Position numbers and translations under genes: made by a program
Shown: piece after piece, positions 40,359 to 52,300 of the stretch
Layout: each line of letters begins with the position of its first letter
Position numbering within the stretch: position 1 is the first letter of the stretch
NCBI GenBank assembly: GCA_028534125.1
Contig: CM052848.1
Coordinates: 1,674,001 to 1,738,000, forward strand
Source of the DNA: Lama glama
Lineage: Eukaryota
Direction of reading: 5' to 3'
DNA: 64,000 bases
Notes under the pieces: model-generated
Told to the model about the DNA's origin: nothing
Seen by the model: only the letters and a program-made list of their open reading frames with translations
The model's database searches: none

Positions 40359-40893
40359 TGTCACTGAGTCCATGCTCGCTCTGCTCGCCGCACGACAGGC
40401 CAGTAAATCAGGAGACGAGCTGCTGGGGCGAGGAATAGCGACTTTATTCGGAAAGAGAGCAGACCATGAAGATGGGGGACTGGTGTCCTGGAGAACCATC
40501 TTCCCCAAGTCAGAATTCAGGCTCCTTTTATGGTAAAAAGGGGAGGGGTGTGGTTGGTTCTTGCAGACTTCTTGCTGTCAGAATCCTTTGTTCTTGCAGC
40601 TGTCCACGTGGATCAGGTCATGATGTCCCTGTGAACCTCCAACAAGATAAATGTTATTTTTTCTTCTGCAATTTTTTATCTATATATAAATGGAAAAGTG
40701 GAAAAAATGGGGGAAAAAAAGGCCTTAAAGGTCAGAGCCTTGAGAATGGGCTGTCCTGTATATTTCAGGCTAAAGGCAACATCCTTTTACAAAAGGTGCA
40801 GAGCCAGCGTGACTGAGCCCAGGAAACAGAGCCCAGGGTTAGAGCCGAAGGAGCAGATCTAATGTGAAGTCAGACTGGTTCTTCCCTAGCACA
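40359..40893 (-). mobile_element. ERV1-like solo LTR (family copy B)
   Basis: Intact TGT...ACA termini, near-perfect 4-bp TSD (aggt/aggg), and TTTATT at 40443-40448 (AATAAA on the - strand). Confidence 0.85.
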
Positions 40894-41190
40894 AGGGGAA
40901 GACGGACTTGGAACGTTCACAGTAATAGGACAGCTTCTGTGTTGTTGGAGCGCGGAGGCTCAGGTGTGAGAGGCAGTGACAGAGTCGCACGGCGGAGTGT
41001 CTTGGTTATCGCAATAATCAGTTTGAACTCCACCAGTTTGTTGAGACTCCAGGTAGCGCCTACGGGGAGCCATTGAGGAGCTGTGAGCATCAGAACCAGA
41101 TTCGGGATTAGGCGCAGAATCCTGGTAGCAGTGTGGAGAAGGAGTTAGGAGAAAGCTGAGCCCGTGCAAGGGGGCAGATTAAGAGGTAAC

Positions 41191-41592
41191 TGAGTGATAC
41201 CACACGGTATTTTTCTTTCTCTTTCTGGCTTATGTGGAATCAAAAAAAAAACACGAAGAAAAGACATGAACGGACTTACCTATAAAACAGAAACGGGCTC
41301 ACAGACATAGTCAACAAACTTACGGTTACCGCGGGGAAACAGTGTGGGAAGGCGTAAATTGGGGAGTATGAGGTTTGCAAATATGAGCTAGTGTATATAA
41401 GATAGATGAACAGCAGGTTTCTACTGTGCAGCACAGGGAATTGTCTGCAGTATCTTGTCGTGACCCATAGTGAGAAAGAATATGGGAAGGAATCTGTGTA
41501 TGTACGTGTACGACCGAGACGTCGTGCGGTACACCAGAAACTGACACAACGTTGCAACTGACTACACTTCAGTTGAAAACAAAACAAAACAC
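41191..41592 (+). mobile_element. 5'-truncated L1 3' end with a short 5' inversion
   Basis: 41231-41592 is sense L1 3' sequence with an (AAAAC)n tail. 41191-41232 is the reverse complement of the adjacent upstream L1 segment. Confidence 0.85.
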
Positions 41593-42689
41593 AGAGAGGT
41601 CATGGAGATTATCCAGCCGGTGCGAGACAGGAAAGCCGAGTGGAGGCCATGGCGGTGCCGTGGGAGGGGGCAGACGCTAGAGACGTTGAAGGGGTAGGAT
41701 GGTGAGAACCTGGACGCCGACCGGCTGGGGCCGGGCTCCGCATGCTTCTTCACGATCAGCTGGTCAGTGTAATCCCAGCCCGGCTCACAGCCCGGGATCA
41801 ACGCCTGATCTCTGGAACAGACCACGGGGCTCAGGTCCAGGCTCCCACTCGCCGTCAGACCTCTCCGGCTGGCGTGCGTGTAAGCCCCCGGCCTCCGCGT
41901 CTCTCTCTCCTCTGTGAAGGCGAAACAAGAAAACTGTCGGCCTCAGAGAGGTGTTTTTCGGGACCAGATTAGATACCTGCAGGCCACTGAGAGCAAAGTG
42001 GGTTCTAAGTACTTACTGGCGAGGGCTGTTTACTTACACAAGCTGAAAATACCTTTGCAGCTCTGGCGGGCCGTGTCGTTGCTGTGCTGTGCAGAACATG
42101 GCCCTTTAAGAATAAACGGCATTAGCTTTCAGCCCTTCTTGCTTTTTGATGAGAACATTGTGTTCGCTTGTGAACATAAAAGCAGAAGGTTTACTCAGGG
42201 AGGCCAGCTTACCCTGAGGAGGCAGACAGATAAGGTGTGGTAATGCTGAGAGCCCCAGGGCCACACCAGAGCGCATGGCCAGACAAGTGAAGGAGTTAAA
42301 TGTGGAATCTTATACGCATTCATTCATTCACTTAGCCACCTCCTGTTTGCAAGACAGCATTTTTAATTCGCTGTAAATCCAGATCCTGACGAGAGAGTTA
42401 TCGGGCAACCTATGAGATCATTTCATCAATGTCACTTAAAATCTACTTAACTGGGTATCAAGGGGAGGACCCTGGAAGAAGGTCAGTGTGTCCAAACAGA
42501 AAAGGTGACCTTAACAGTGTTGATTCATAGCACCAGTGTGGGCAGTGAGTGTGTCCAGGAGAACCAGGCCCCACGGTCCAGGGGGGTGGGGTCAGACCCT
42601 TGCTCCACACCATTGCCATCCCCATACGCCTGCCTGGCTCCTAGTAGGTGCTTAATAAGTATTTAGTGAAAAAATGAATTCTCAGACTA

Positions 42690-43358
42690 CTTTTTTAATT
42701 CAGGTACAGTCAGTTATAATGTGTCAATTTCTGGTGTACAGCACGATGTGTCAGTCATGCAGATACATACGTATATTCGTTTTCATATTCTTTTTCATTA
42801 AAGGTTATTACAAGATGCAGAGTAAATTTCCCTGTGCTACACAGAAGAAATTTGATTTTTTAACTATTTTTATATACAGTGATTAGCCTTTGCAAATCTC
42901 GAACTCCCAAATTTATCCCTTCCCACCGCCTTTGCCCTGTAACTATAAAATTGTTTACGTATGTCTGCCAGTCTGTTTCTGTTTTGTAGATGAGTTCATC
43001 TGTGTCCTCTTTTTTTCTTTTTTTTAGGTTCCACATATGAGTGGTATCATATGGAGTTTTTCTTTCTCTTTCTGGCTTGCTTCACTCAGAATGACAATCT
43101 CCAGATCCATCCATGTTGCTGCCAATTATTTTATTCTTTTTTATGGCTGAGTAGTATTCCACTGTATAAATATACCACAGCTTCTTTATCCAGTCATCTG
43201 TCGATGGGCATTCTGGTTGCTTCCATATCTTGGCTATTGTAAATAATGCTGCTATGAACATTGGGGTGCATGTATCTTTTTGAATTAGTGTTCCCTCCAG
43301 ATATATGCTCATGAGTGGGACTGCTGGATCATATGGTAGGTCTGTTTTTACTTTTTTG
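42690..43358 (-). mobile_element. L1 3' end (ORF2 C-terminal remnant and 3' UTR)
   Basis: The - strand ORF 43082-43312 gives KDTCTPMFIAALFTIAKIWKQPECPSTDDWIKKLWYIYTVEYYSAIKKN, an L1 ORF2 C-terminal motif. Confidence 0.93.
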
Positions 43359-44364
43359 ATACACAGACACTTTCACTGGTGTTTCTGTTCCAAAGAACTT
43401 CTTTGAATCAGAAACATAGATTCAGACCAGCATCTGGATTCTTCCAAGAAAGCCAATGAGAAAGGAAGTTATGTGTAACAGAATGAAATAAATATTCCAA
43501 ATTGTTCTGATTAACAACTGACAATATTAGTATATATAACTTTATATACATATGTGTATATAATAAAACAAACCCAGGATTTAGCTCCCTCTGAGATAAT
43601 TATTTTGCTCTTCCCTGGGACCCAGTTTTATGTCGTGAGAAAAGACGTACAGCTCAAATCAGCAGTGGGAACAAATTAACTGCCAAGCGCTGCCCTCTCG
43701 GTGTGGCGCTGGTGGCCACGGTGAGACGATTATAAATCTATTAGAAAGTGAGACATCCCTGATTTGTTTTGAAGATTTGAGGTTTGAGATTCTCCTTAAA
43801 CCATGGTAATGTTTTAAGTGGGCCGTTTTATACCATAAAATGTCACGTGGCCTGAGTGCCTGAAAACATCCTGACACAGCCGTTCTTTTTTCATCTGTGC
43901 TTCTGTCTTTGCCTTGAGCAGGATTACAGCCTGGATAGCAATTGGAAAGACTAAAATTGAGGAGTCGATTTATTTTATGTTTTCACCATTGAGAAGAAAA
44001 AAAACAGATGCAGAATTTCCAGAGAAGATGAGAATGGGAACAGTTGTATCTGGTGTCTGGACTGAGCCCCCAGCACCGTCGTTCTGAATGGCCTCCCTGC
44101 TGGCTGCAGGGCTCTCTTCACGAGATGAGTTAGCTTATTTAGTCAACAGAACGGTGTTATCCTATCTGTGGAGGAAAACATTGATGATATCCATGGTCAC
44201 TGGTTTATATACACTATTCCTCCACTCGGTGAAACTTGGTGAGGAAATTGGATCAGGCTAACCTTTGTGGTGGTGTCAAGTTTCAACAGAGGTGTATCTC
44301 TGTATCTCAGTACTGTGTTAATCTGTGACCTTTTCTAGCCATTTAATGGTCATTTGAACTTGGG

Positions 44365-45055
44365 CACAGTATGAAGATTCCTCAGAAACTAAAAATAGAC
44401 TTACCATATGACCCAGCAGTCCCATTCCTGGGCATGTATCCAGAGGGAACCCTAACTCAAAAAGACACCTGCACCCCAGTGTTTATAGCAACACTATTTA
44501 CAATAGCCAAGACATGGAAGCAACCTAAATGTCCATGCACAGATGACTGGATAAAGAAGCTGTGGTATATTTATACAGTGGAATACTACTCGGTGATAAA
44601 AAAGAATAAAATAATGCCATTGGCAGCAACACATGGATGGACCTACAGATCATCATTCTAAGTGAAGTAAGTCAGAAAGACAAAGAAAATACCATATCAT
44701 AACACTCATGTGGAATCTGAAAAAAAAGTGAGGGGGAAGGACAGTATGAACTCATCTGCAAAACAGAAACAGACTTGCAGACACAGGAAACAATCTTATG
44801 GTTACGGGGAAAGGCGGTGGGAAGGGATACATCTGGGAGTCTGAGATTTGCAAATGTTAGCTACTATACATAAAAATGGATTTTATAAAGTTTCTTCTGC
44901 ATAGCACAGGGAGCTGTATTCAATATCCTGTAATAATGTTTAATGAAGAAGAATATGAAAATGAATATATGTATGTATGTGCCTGACTGGGACATCGTGA
45001 TGCACACCAGAAATTGACACATTGTAACTGACTGTACGTCAATTAAAAAAAAAGC
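44365..45055 (+). mobile_element. L1 3' end (ORF2 C-terminal remnant, 3' UTR, polyA)
   Basis: ORF 44371-44661 gives KLKIDLPYDPAVPFLGMYP...KDTCTPVFIATLFTIAKTWKQPKCP...WIKKLWYIYTVEYYS. The element ends caattaaaaaaaaa. Confidence 0.93.
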
Positions 45056-45880
45056 TGTCTATACACTGTCCTTTGATTTGGTCTCAGCTAGCAGAGCCAG
45101 TTGGAATTCTGCAGTGGGTCCCTGCGTCCTCTGTACCTCTCATCACTCAGAGCCGTCTCTCCTGTTCTGCTGCCCCTCTCAGGAGCCTGTTCTGGTTGAG
45201 AATCAGGGTCCCCTCAAAACTAAGAATGTTTGATTTTGCAAGCATGTTCTGCCTTATGCCCTATTCGCTCAGAATCGTGTTCTTGGCTGTTTTGGCTGAT
45301 TGTTATTCCGTTCTCCCTGGTTGAGACCCACCTTCCGTGGCAACAAAACTTACAATCCACTTGCTTCTCGAGGCTTAGTGTGTTCTCTCTCCATTGGATG
45401 ACAAGGTGTACACTCTCCTTAAAATTACAATAGGTCCCAGGTTTAGAGATGCTGCCGAGAAGACTGGTTGCAGATTTAAATCTCTCAAAGGTTTAGCAGC
45501 CTAGGACCCCCAGTTTTCGCTTGCAAAGCACTTCCCCCTCTGAAGATCTCTAGAATTTGTTTTTCAATTCCATATTTCTTCTTAAGTATATTTTTCTACT
45601 TGAAATCAAAAGTCACTTTACTTACCAAAATCATAATTCAAAATTCAATATCGTATTGTATATGAGTCCAGCAGTCATGATCTTTTATATACAAAATATC
45701 TTGTAAACCTTGAACAAATATTTATTCTGATTAGAAATGCTCATTGGGCTACCTTTCTCCATTATTTATTTAAATGTTAATGCGTGAATTTTTTTTACAG
45801 ACTAACATTTCTAACATGTTTACTGATATTTGAATACTATCCAGTTATAAAGATGTTGGTTTTTTTTTTAATCATTTCAG

Positions 45881-46000
45881 GTGGAGGAGGCCTTGGAAGC
45901 TGTCAAAAATGCTACAAATGAGCAAGACCTTGCAAATCGCTTTAAGGAATTTGGAAAAGAGATGGTGAAACTGAACTATGTAGCTGCGAGAAGACAACAG
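45881..46000 (+). CDS. CTNNA2: CTNNA2 internal coding exon, 120 nt, phase 0/0 (probably exon 5)
   Basis: Acceptor tttttttttaatcatttcag| and donor CAG|gtgggg. Translates VEEALEAVKNATNEQDLANRFKEFGKEMVKLNYVAARRQQ, in frame with the previous exon. Confidence 0.97.
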
Positions 46001-46339
46001 GTGGGGAAGGTTTTGGAAATCGATAAGCACACGGACATGATTTTCACGTACATAATTATTTTAAGTATTTTGTATCAGCGGAATTCTTCGTCCAAGTGGA
46101 GTCTCGTGTGGCAGCCCATCTGTAATCTGCTTAGGAGCAGAGTTACTCTGAAGCACAGGTTTGAGGCCAGAAAGCCACACAGCGTGTTTAAACACCTGAT
46201 CTCAGTAAACCAAGGGGGAGGCTGGGCAGAAAGACAGGGGCCCAGACGCTCACAGTGTTTGGGTTTTTTGTAAGGGAAGGGGCGTTAGTTGAATAGTTCA
46301 TAGTTTGGCATCACAGTCCCAGATTCACATTTTAATATT

Positions 46340-46745
46340 AGTCTAAATAAGTCGCAAAGAAGGGAGTTGAGTGGAAGAGGAGGTAGTGGTCGCAGTTGGG
46401 AGGGGGCTGAGGGGGTCTCGGTGAGGGGTGGTGATGGTGGTCTCCACCGTACACGTGGAAAAGCATAGGGAGCCTGCGTTTACGTGGAAAAGAGAAACTC
46501 GGGACCTGCTGTTGGATTGGATGTGGGAGCTTAGGGAGCGACAGCCGCCAGTTCACGTCTGAGGTCTGTCTGAGCAAGGGGGTGGATGGCGGTGAGTTTA
46601 CTAAGATTGGGAAAAGCTGGAGAGGGGCCGGAGAGGGTTATTAGAAACCTAGGTTTCATACTTAGATACGTTTTGAGATGCGTGTAGGATACCCACGTCG
46701 AAGAGAGACATGGGCTAGAGAGGAGAACGTGGGCTATCTGCACGA
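46340..46745. mobile_element. L2-like relic
   Basis: ggacctgctgttggattggatgtggga...tttactaagattgggaa...gttttgagatg...atacccacgtcgaaga...ggagaacgtgggcta resembles L2. Confidence 0.5.
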
Positions 46746-48360
46746 AGCTGGCATTAACATCCGTGTGAATATGTGAGAAACGTACATAAGAATACTCGTT
46801 AATGTAATTTATTTTTATTTCATTCCTGGTTTTAATTAATTGCTGCTTCAGACTCTTTCAGGAAAATTTAGAAAGAAAGAATTAAAGGAAGGAAAAAAAC
46901 CACATTCTCCCAGCAGCAACACCATGTGCTGTGCTTCCGGGGTGTTGCCTTTCAGTTGTTGTAACATAGTCACCATCATACCCTGCATATAAGTGTGTGC
47001 GTTGTCTCTTTTATTTATCTCATAAATAGTGTCCATGTTAACACATTTATGGAAACTTATTTAATATCCACGTAAAGAGTCCATCAGATGGAAGCCTCAG
47101 TGGTTTCCTTACCCAGTTCTCCATAAATCAGCACTTACACTGTTTACAGGTTTTTTCATGTGATTAAGAATGTTTCTACAAATATCTTTATGGAAAAAAT
47201 TACCCACTCCCCCTTTTTCTCACTTTCATATTTAGGTTTTTTGGGGTTTTTTTAGCATAGATAGCCCAGAATGGAATATGAAGTTTCCGGACCAGGTGTC
47301 CTGGAGGTTGGTAAGACCCTTCATGACGACTTGGGGGAGACTTGTATCTGCCCCCCCTAGATTGCTACCTGCGTAGAGGATGCCCTCACGTGTTGGGTCC
47401 CTCCTTATCTGTGCTGATCTTTAGGGCTAAACATAATTCACCCCAGTTTAGAAATTGTGTTGGCTGGCGTGGATCTGTTAGTGCTTAAGCAAAGGAGAAT
47501 GGATGGGCCAGACAGTTGTTCATGACTTACTGTCAACTTGCCTTGACAATGCTGGACACCACATACTGTAATGTGCTTGTCTCAGAATTATTTTGACCCA
47601 CAAGAGAGAGATGTAGTTCACTCTTTCCAGGTCATGCATCTTTCATGTACCAAGTGAGCAAGGAGGAATAGAACCCCAGTGGTTCACATAGCTGTTAGTG
47701 ATACAGTTTGAGGTTAGAGAAAGATTCTCCCGGAGACACTCAGCTGACAGTGCCACGTGGCGCCCAGAGAGCAGCCCTGCCTTTAACACGTCCAGAAATG
47801 ACGTGAGCGTTTTCTTAACAATACTCTTTAAAGCTGAGAATAAACTCCCCAGGGGTATTATCTTGGCGTCCAAAACTAAGAAAGCGAATCATCCTTGATC
47901 TGTATGCGTATATGTATATATATTTATTATTCCCTAAACTCAGTGACTGATGTGCCTTCAAAAGTAGTTTTTTTTTTCTTAGAAAAATGAACTCTGTTCT
48001 GAAAATGATAATGGAGTGGCAGCGATGCACTGAGCAGGGTCGGGGAGTTTGACTCTCTGTGCCTGTGATTGTGATTGAACGTGGAGGCGAGCGCGTATCA
48101 GAGGATGGGAGCTTGGGTCTTCCGTCTGCTGGTGACGGACTCAGACCCGCGCGAGCCACTGGCCTCGCCGGTGCCTCAGCTTTCACACCCCTGCAGCAGT
48201 GTTGACTGAAGGCATCTGTGGGCCACACACTGTGAGGTTGACTGAACGGTCCCTGAACAAGGTGGCGAGCGCTCTGTGCTCTCATCAGACGTACCTTTTA
48301 GGAGAGAGACGTAAACTTAAAGAAGTAAATACAATACAGCGTGAAGCGTGTTAATGATAA

Positions 48361-48821
48361 TGTTACCAAATGCAAGTTCATGTGCCCAACGCACCACGAG
48401 GCCAAACCAAAACATCGGAGTGCGGAGCAGAGAAGGGTTTATTTCAGGGCCGAGTAAGGAGGTCGCGGTGGCTCGTGCCCAAGAAATCCCCCGACTCCCT
48501 GAAGGGTCTTCACAAAGCATATTTTAAGGCCAGATAAGGGAAGAGCGGGGTCGCAGGATACGGGATCAGCTGGTGCACAACCTCTGATTGGCTGATGTGG
48601 AGGGAACAGGGCGGTCAACACCATCAACCCCCAGGCGCCAGAAGGTCTGGGGGCCACGCGCTCTCCATCATCAAGTAGTTCATTCCTTCCCTTCGGTGGT
48701 GGGTATTTAGCGTCTGGAAAACTCAGGAGATATGCATGAGATAGTATGAGAGGAGCTGCAGCAGAGGACATGGGGGAGGGGTCTGAGGCTGGAACGTCCC
48801 GCAGGGTCCTGCTGGGTTATG
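48361..48821 (-). mobile_element. ERV1-like solo LTR about 280 bp upstream of the 267-nt exon
   Basis: Starts tgttaccaaatgcaagttc, has TTTATT at 48438-48443 and ctgattggctg (CCAAT on the - strand), and ends ggtcctgctgggttatg. Confidence 0.75.
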
Positions 48822-49102
48822 AGAGGGAAGCAGGTCCTGTGGGAGCAGATAGAAGGGGCGTATCTGGACGGAGAGTGGGTTCTCAGAGGACCGGCCCCAT
48901 CAGGGCAAAGGAGAGGCACGCTCAGACCCTTCACACAGAAAGAGCAGCACACAGGACGTGGTGGCAGCTTCAGCGAACACGAGGGGCAGGAGATGGTTTC
49001 TGAAGTTCACGTGGTTCTGTAGGCCTGTGACTTCAGGCTCTGCTGCAGACACTTCCATGGCCAGCTTCATGCAAGTGACAGGTTTGTGCTTTGCACCCGC
49101 AG

Positions 49103-49369
49103 GAGCTGAAGGACCCCCACTGTCGGGATGAGATGGCAGCCGCCCGCGGGGCTCTGAAGAAGAACGCCACCATGCTGTACACTGCCTCCCAGGCCTTCCT
49201 CCGCCACCCGGATGTGGCCGCCACCAGGGCCAACAGAGATTACGTGTTCAAACAAGTCCAGGAGGCCATCGCCGGCATCTCCAATGCTGCTCAAGCTACC
49301 TCGCCCACCGACGAAGCCAAAGGCCACACGGGCATCGGGGAGCTGGCCGCGGCTCTGAATGAGTTTGAT
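49103..49369 (+). CDS. CTNNA2: CTNNA2 internal coding exon, 267 nt, phase 0/0 (probably exon 6)
   Basis: Acceptor tttgtgctttgcacccgcag| and donor GAT|gtaagc. Translates ELKDPHCRDEMAAARGALKKNATMLYTASQAFLRHPDVAATRANRDYVFKQVQEAIAGISNAAQATSPTDEAKGHTGIGELAAALNEFD. Confidence 0.97.
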
Positions 49370-52300
49370 GTAAGCAGCCGGGTGATGGGCACGGTTGTGG
49401 GGGGTGGGGGGGTGTGCTTCCAGGGGAGAAATGCACTGGGGATGAAAGGCCACCGAGATAGAACACCTTGCTTTACCCCATTGGAGGCTTTGGTAGCAAG
49501 ATAAATGGCCCGATATGTCACAGTTCCTAGGAATCCAGCGTGTTGGCAGAACCTGCTTGCCGGTCTTTAAGGAGCTGACGAGTGTGTTCAAGAGGGCCCG
49601 ACCCCACGCAGGTGAAGCCCTGCACACTGTGACTTCCTTACCTCCCGGCTGTCCTAGGGACGGCTGACCACTGGCGTGATCACCTTTGGTATTCGAGAGG
49701 CAGATGTCATGGGCAGCGTGAGTGTAGTTGCCTCTGTGTTACGTTGTGTCTGGGTGAAAACTGCTCCCAGTTCTTCATGTTAAGTCAGCGGCAGGTGGAC
49801 TTCGCCGCCCTCCCGTCCCACATGAGATGCCGGTCTTCCTGGCATCGGCCCCGCCGCGGGGCGTCTCTGTACCTCCGCGAGTGACCCACTTCCGCACCTG
49901 CTGTTTCCAAGGGTGTGTCCCAGTGAGGGCAGCAGGGGAAGGGAGGCTCACTGTGCTTGGGCATATCTAAGGCAAGGGAGTGAGTGGGAAGGACGCATGT
50001 CATCCACAGCCCAGGATGACAGCCCTCACGTCCGCGGGGTCGGGATCCGGGACCACCTGTTCGAGAAGGTTCCGCCCTTGTTCAGTGAAAGCGTGCGTGT
50101 GTTGTGAGCTCCAGAAATATTTAAGTAATCAGCGTCTGCTTTCAAGCATTCTGTTTTCCTGTAGGGGAGATAAAGGAAGCAGAATGTACTGAACGCTCCT
50201 TAGGTGATAAAATGCAGTGTTAACAGGAATTCATAGGAGAGAGGTCTGTGACTTCCCAGCTGTGGAGAAGGATGATGAGCTTGCTTTTGGGTGTGTTGAC
50301 ATGAGTATTTGGCAGGTGGTGAGTGGCTGTCTGCTAGAAAAGAGACCCAGAGCAAATGACTGTTAAGGGCGTGGAGGTGGGTGGTACGAAGGACGGATCG
50401 TTATCAAGCTCTACACACGTAATGCTTGACAGTTTTCACAGGCGTTTCTTTCCCTTGTTTTTTGGGTTAGTCTATATGTATATATCTATATCTAAATATA
50501 TTCTATATATCTGTCTGTATACATATGTGAATATAGCTAGCTAGATAGATAGAAAGAACTCAGACCACATAATTTCCAAAGTGTTTTATACGGATTAAAT
50601 AAGATAAATTTAAAGTATTTGCCATGGAAATTGGGCCTTAATATGTAATATATTCACAGTGGTTTAGGAGACAACAGAAAATTCATTGGAATTAATAAGA
50701 TAACTTCAATTGTCAATTTTAAAATAAACATACAGAAGTCACTAGATTTCCATAATGCAGAAAAAGAAAGAATAATGGAAAAGAGATCCTGCTCACAAAG
50801 GAAACAATAAAAATAATTTGTTGGCCCTATGTCACTGCTTGATTTAATTTCATAAAGTTATATGTGTTAGAGATAATCCTGACAGAGAGGTGGGGGACCT
50901 AAGAGGGGAAATTATATGTCACTTTACTAGGGGTAAGTTTTTGGTAAATGGTGTCATGACCCCAGGTAGGGAAACCATTGACCCTATCAAGTTCTATAAT
51001 ACTGAGACTATCCCTGTAAAAATTCTAGGAGAGCTCTTTTGGAACTTGACAGAGTGATGATAAAATTTTTTTCCCCTCTTTTTTCTTTTTTCTGGAATAA
51101 GAATGGATGGGCCCATAATTTAATGAAACAAAAATGAGCAGGTCATGCACTCATGGTGCTTTTTAAACTTGAGCATAGCCAGACGCTTTAGCCACGTTTT
51201 GACAATTGCACTGTTATAAGCAGGGTTCGTTTCATAATCAAAAAGTAAGCAGTAAGACCTAAGTGAGGACCTGGTCACAGAGCTGGAGGGTGGCCTAGAG
51301 AGGATGTTCTTGAAGGATAGTTGAGACAGTTCAGCTGCTGCCACCTTCTGCCCAGGAGTGATCACTGCAGCTTCCCACTCCGTCAGTAAAAGGAGCTTTT
51401 ACCAGCAGTGGGTTTAAGAGCTGGGACATCCCTGGAGTATTAGGGCTTTGGATTCCTGAAGTAAAACTCAAGGCCACATGGGGAAGGTCTGCTGGCAAAG
51501 TATGTCGGTGTATTTTTCAGCCATTCTAATGGAGTGGTATCTTCTCATGCTGGACAAGTGAGGTGTTGGGGAGATAACACATGAATATAACAATCAGATG
51601 TTTTTATAGAAAAATGGCATATTAACTAAGTAATTCACTGACTGCATTTTATTAATTTATATATTATTATTCAATAGTTATATAATATATAGCAATAATT
51701 GATAAATATGTTGTTATATATTGTATATATTAATTGAGTTTTATTACTTACATTAACTGAATATATTACATGTTAACTAAGTAATTATGTATATTAGCTA
51801 GGTATATTAACCAAGTAATATTTTATTATTAAATGTATATTAGTTCTCGAGCTATGTAAATTGTGTAAAGCCCCATCTGATGTTAAAAAATTTATTTCTC
51901 CGAAGTTGGCAAATCAGCATTTGGAGCTGTCTCAGCTGGCAAGTCATGGGTAGTAATTCCATTTGGTGTGGTTCCCTAAAAACAATTGTTTAGTAAATGC
52001 AATTAATTTCGGTACTTTCTCAAAAGTTGTAATGCTAGGAAAATATTATAGAACCTTAAAACATATAAGATAATTAGCCAGTTGTAGATTTTGTGTCATT
52101 TCTGACACCAGCACACCTAGACAGTCCTTAACGATACTTGAAATTTTCTCTTAAAAATAATGTTCCACTTTCTTTACTTTGAAACAGAATTATAGATTTC
52201 TGTTTCATATTTGCATAATGAGTGCTTCGGTATTTTTTTTTTATTTCCCAGGCAAATTGACTTGAAATTGATTTAGAATTCACAAGCATCTGTCCTGAAT

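Noticed and set aside
32264-40893. Intact endogenous retrovirus
   Set aside because: No gag, pol or env and no evident PBS between the LTRs. The interior is host intron and exon, and the LTRs are diverged with separate flanks.
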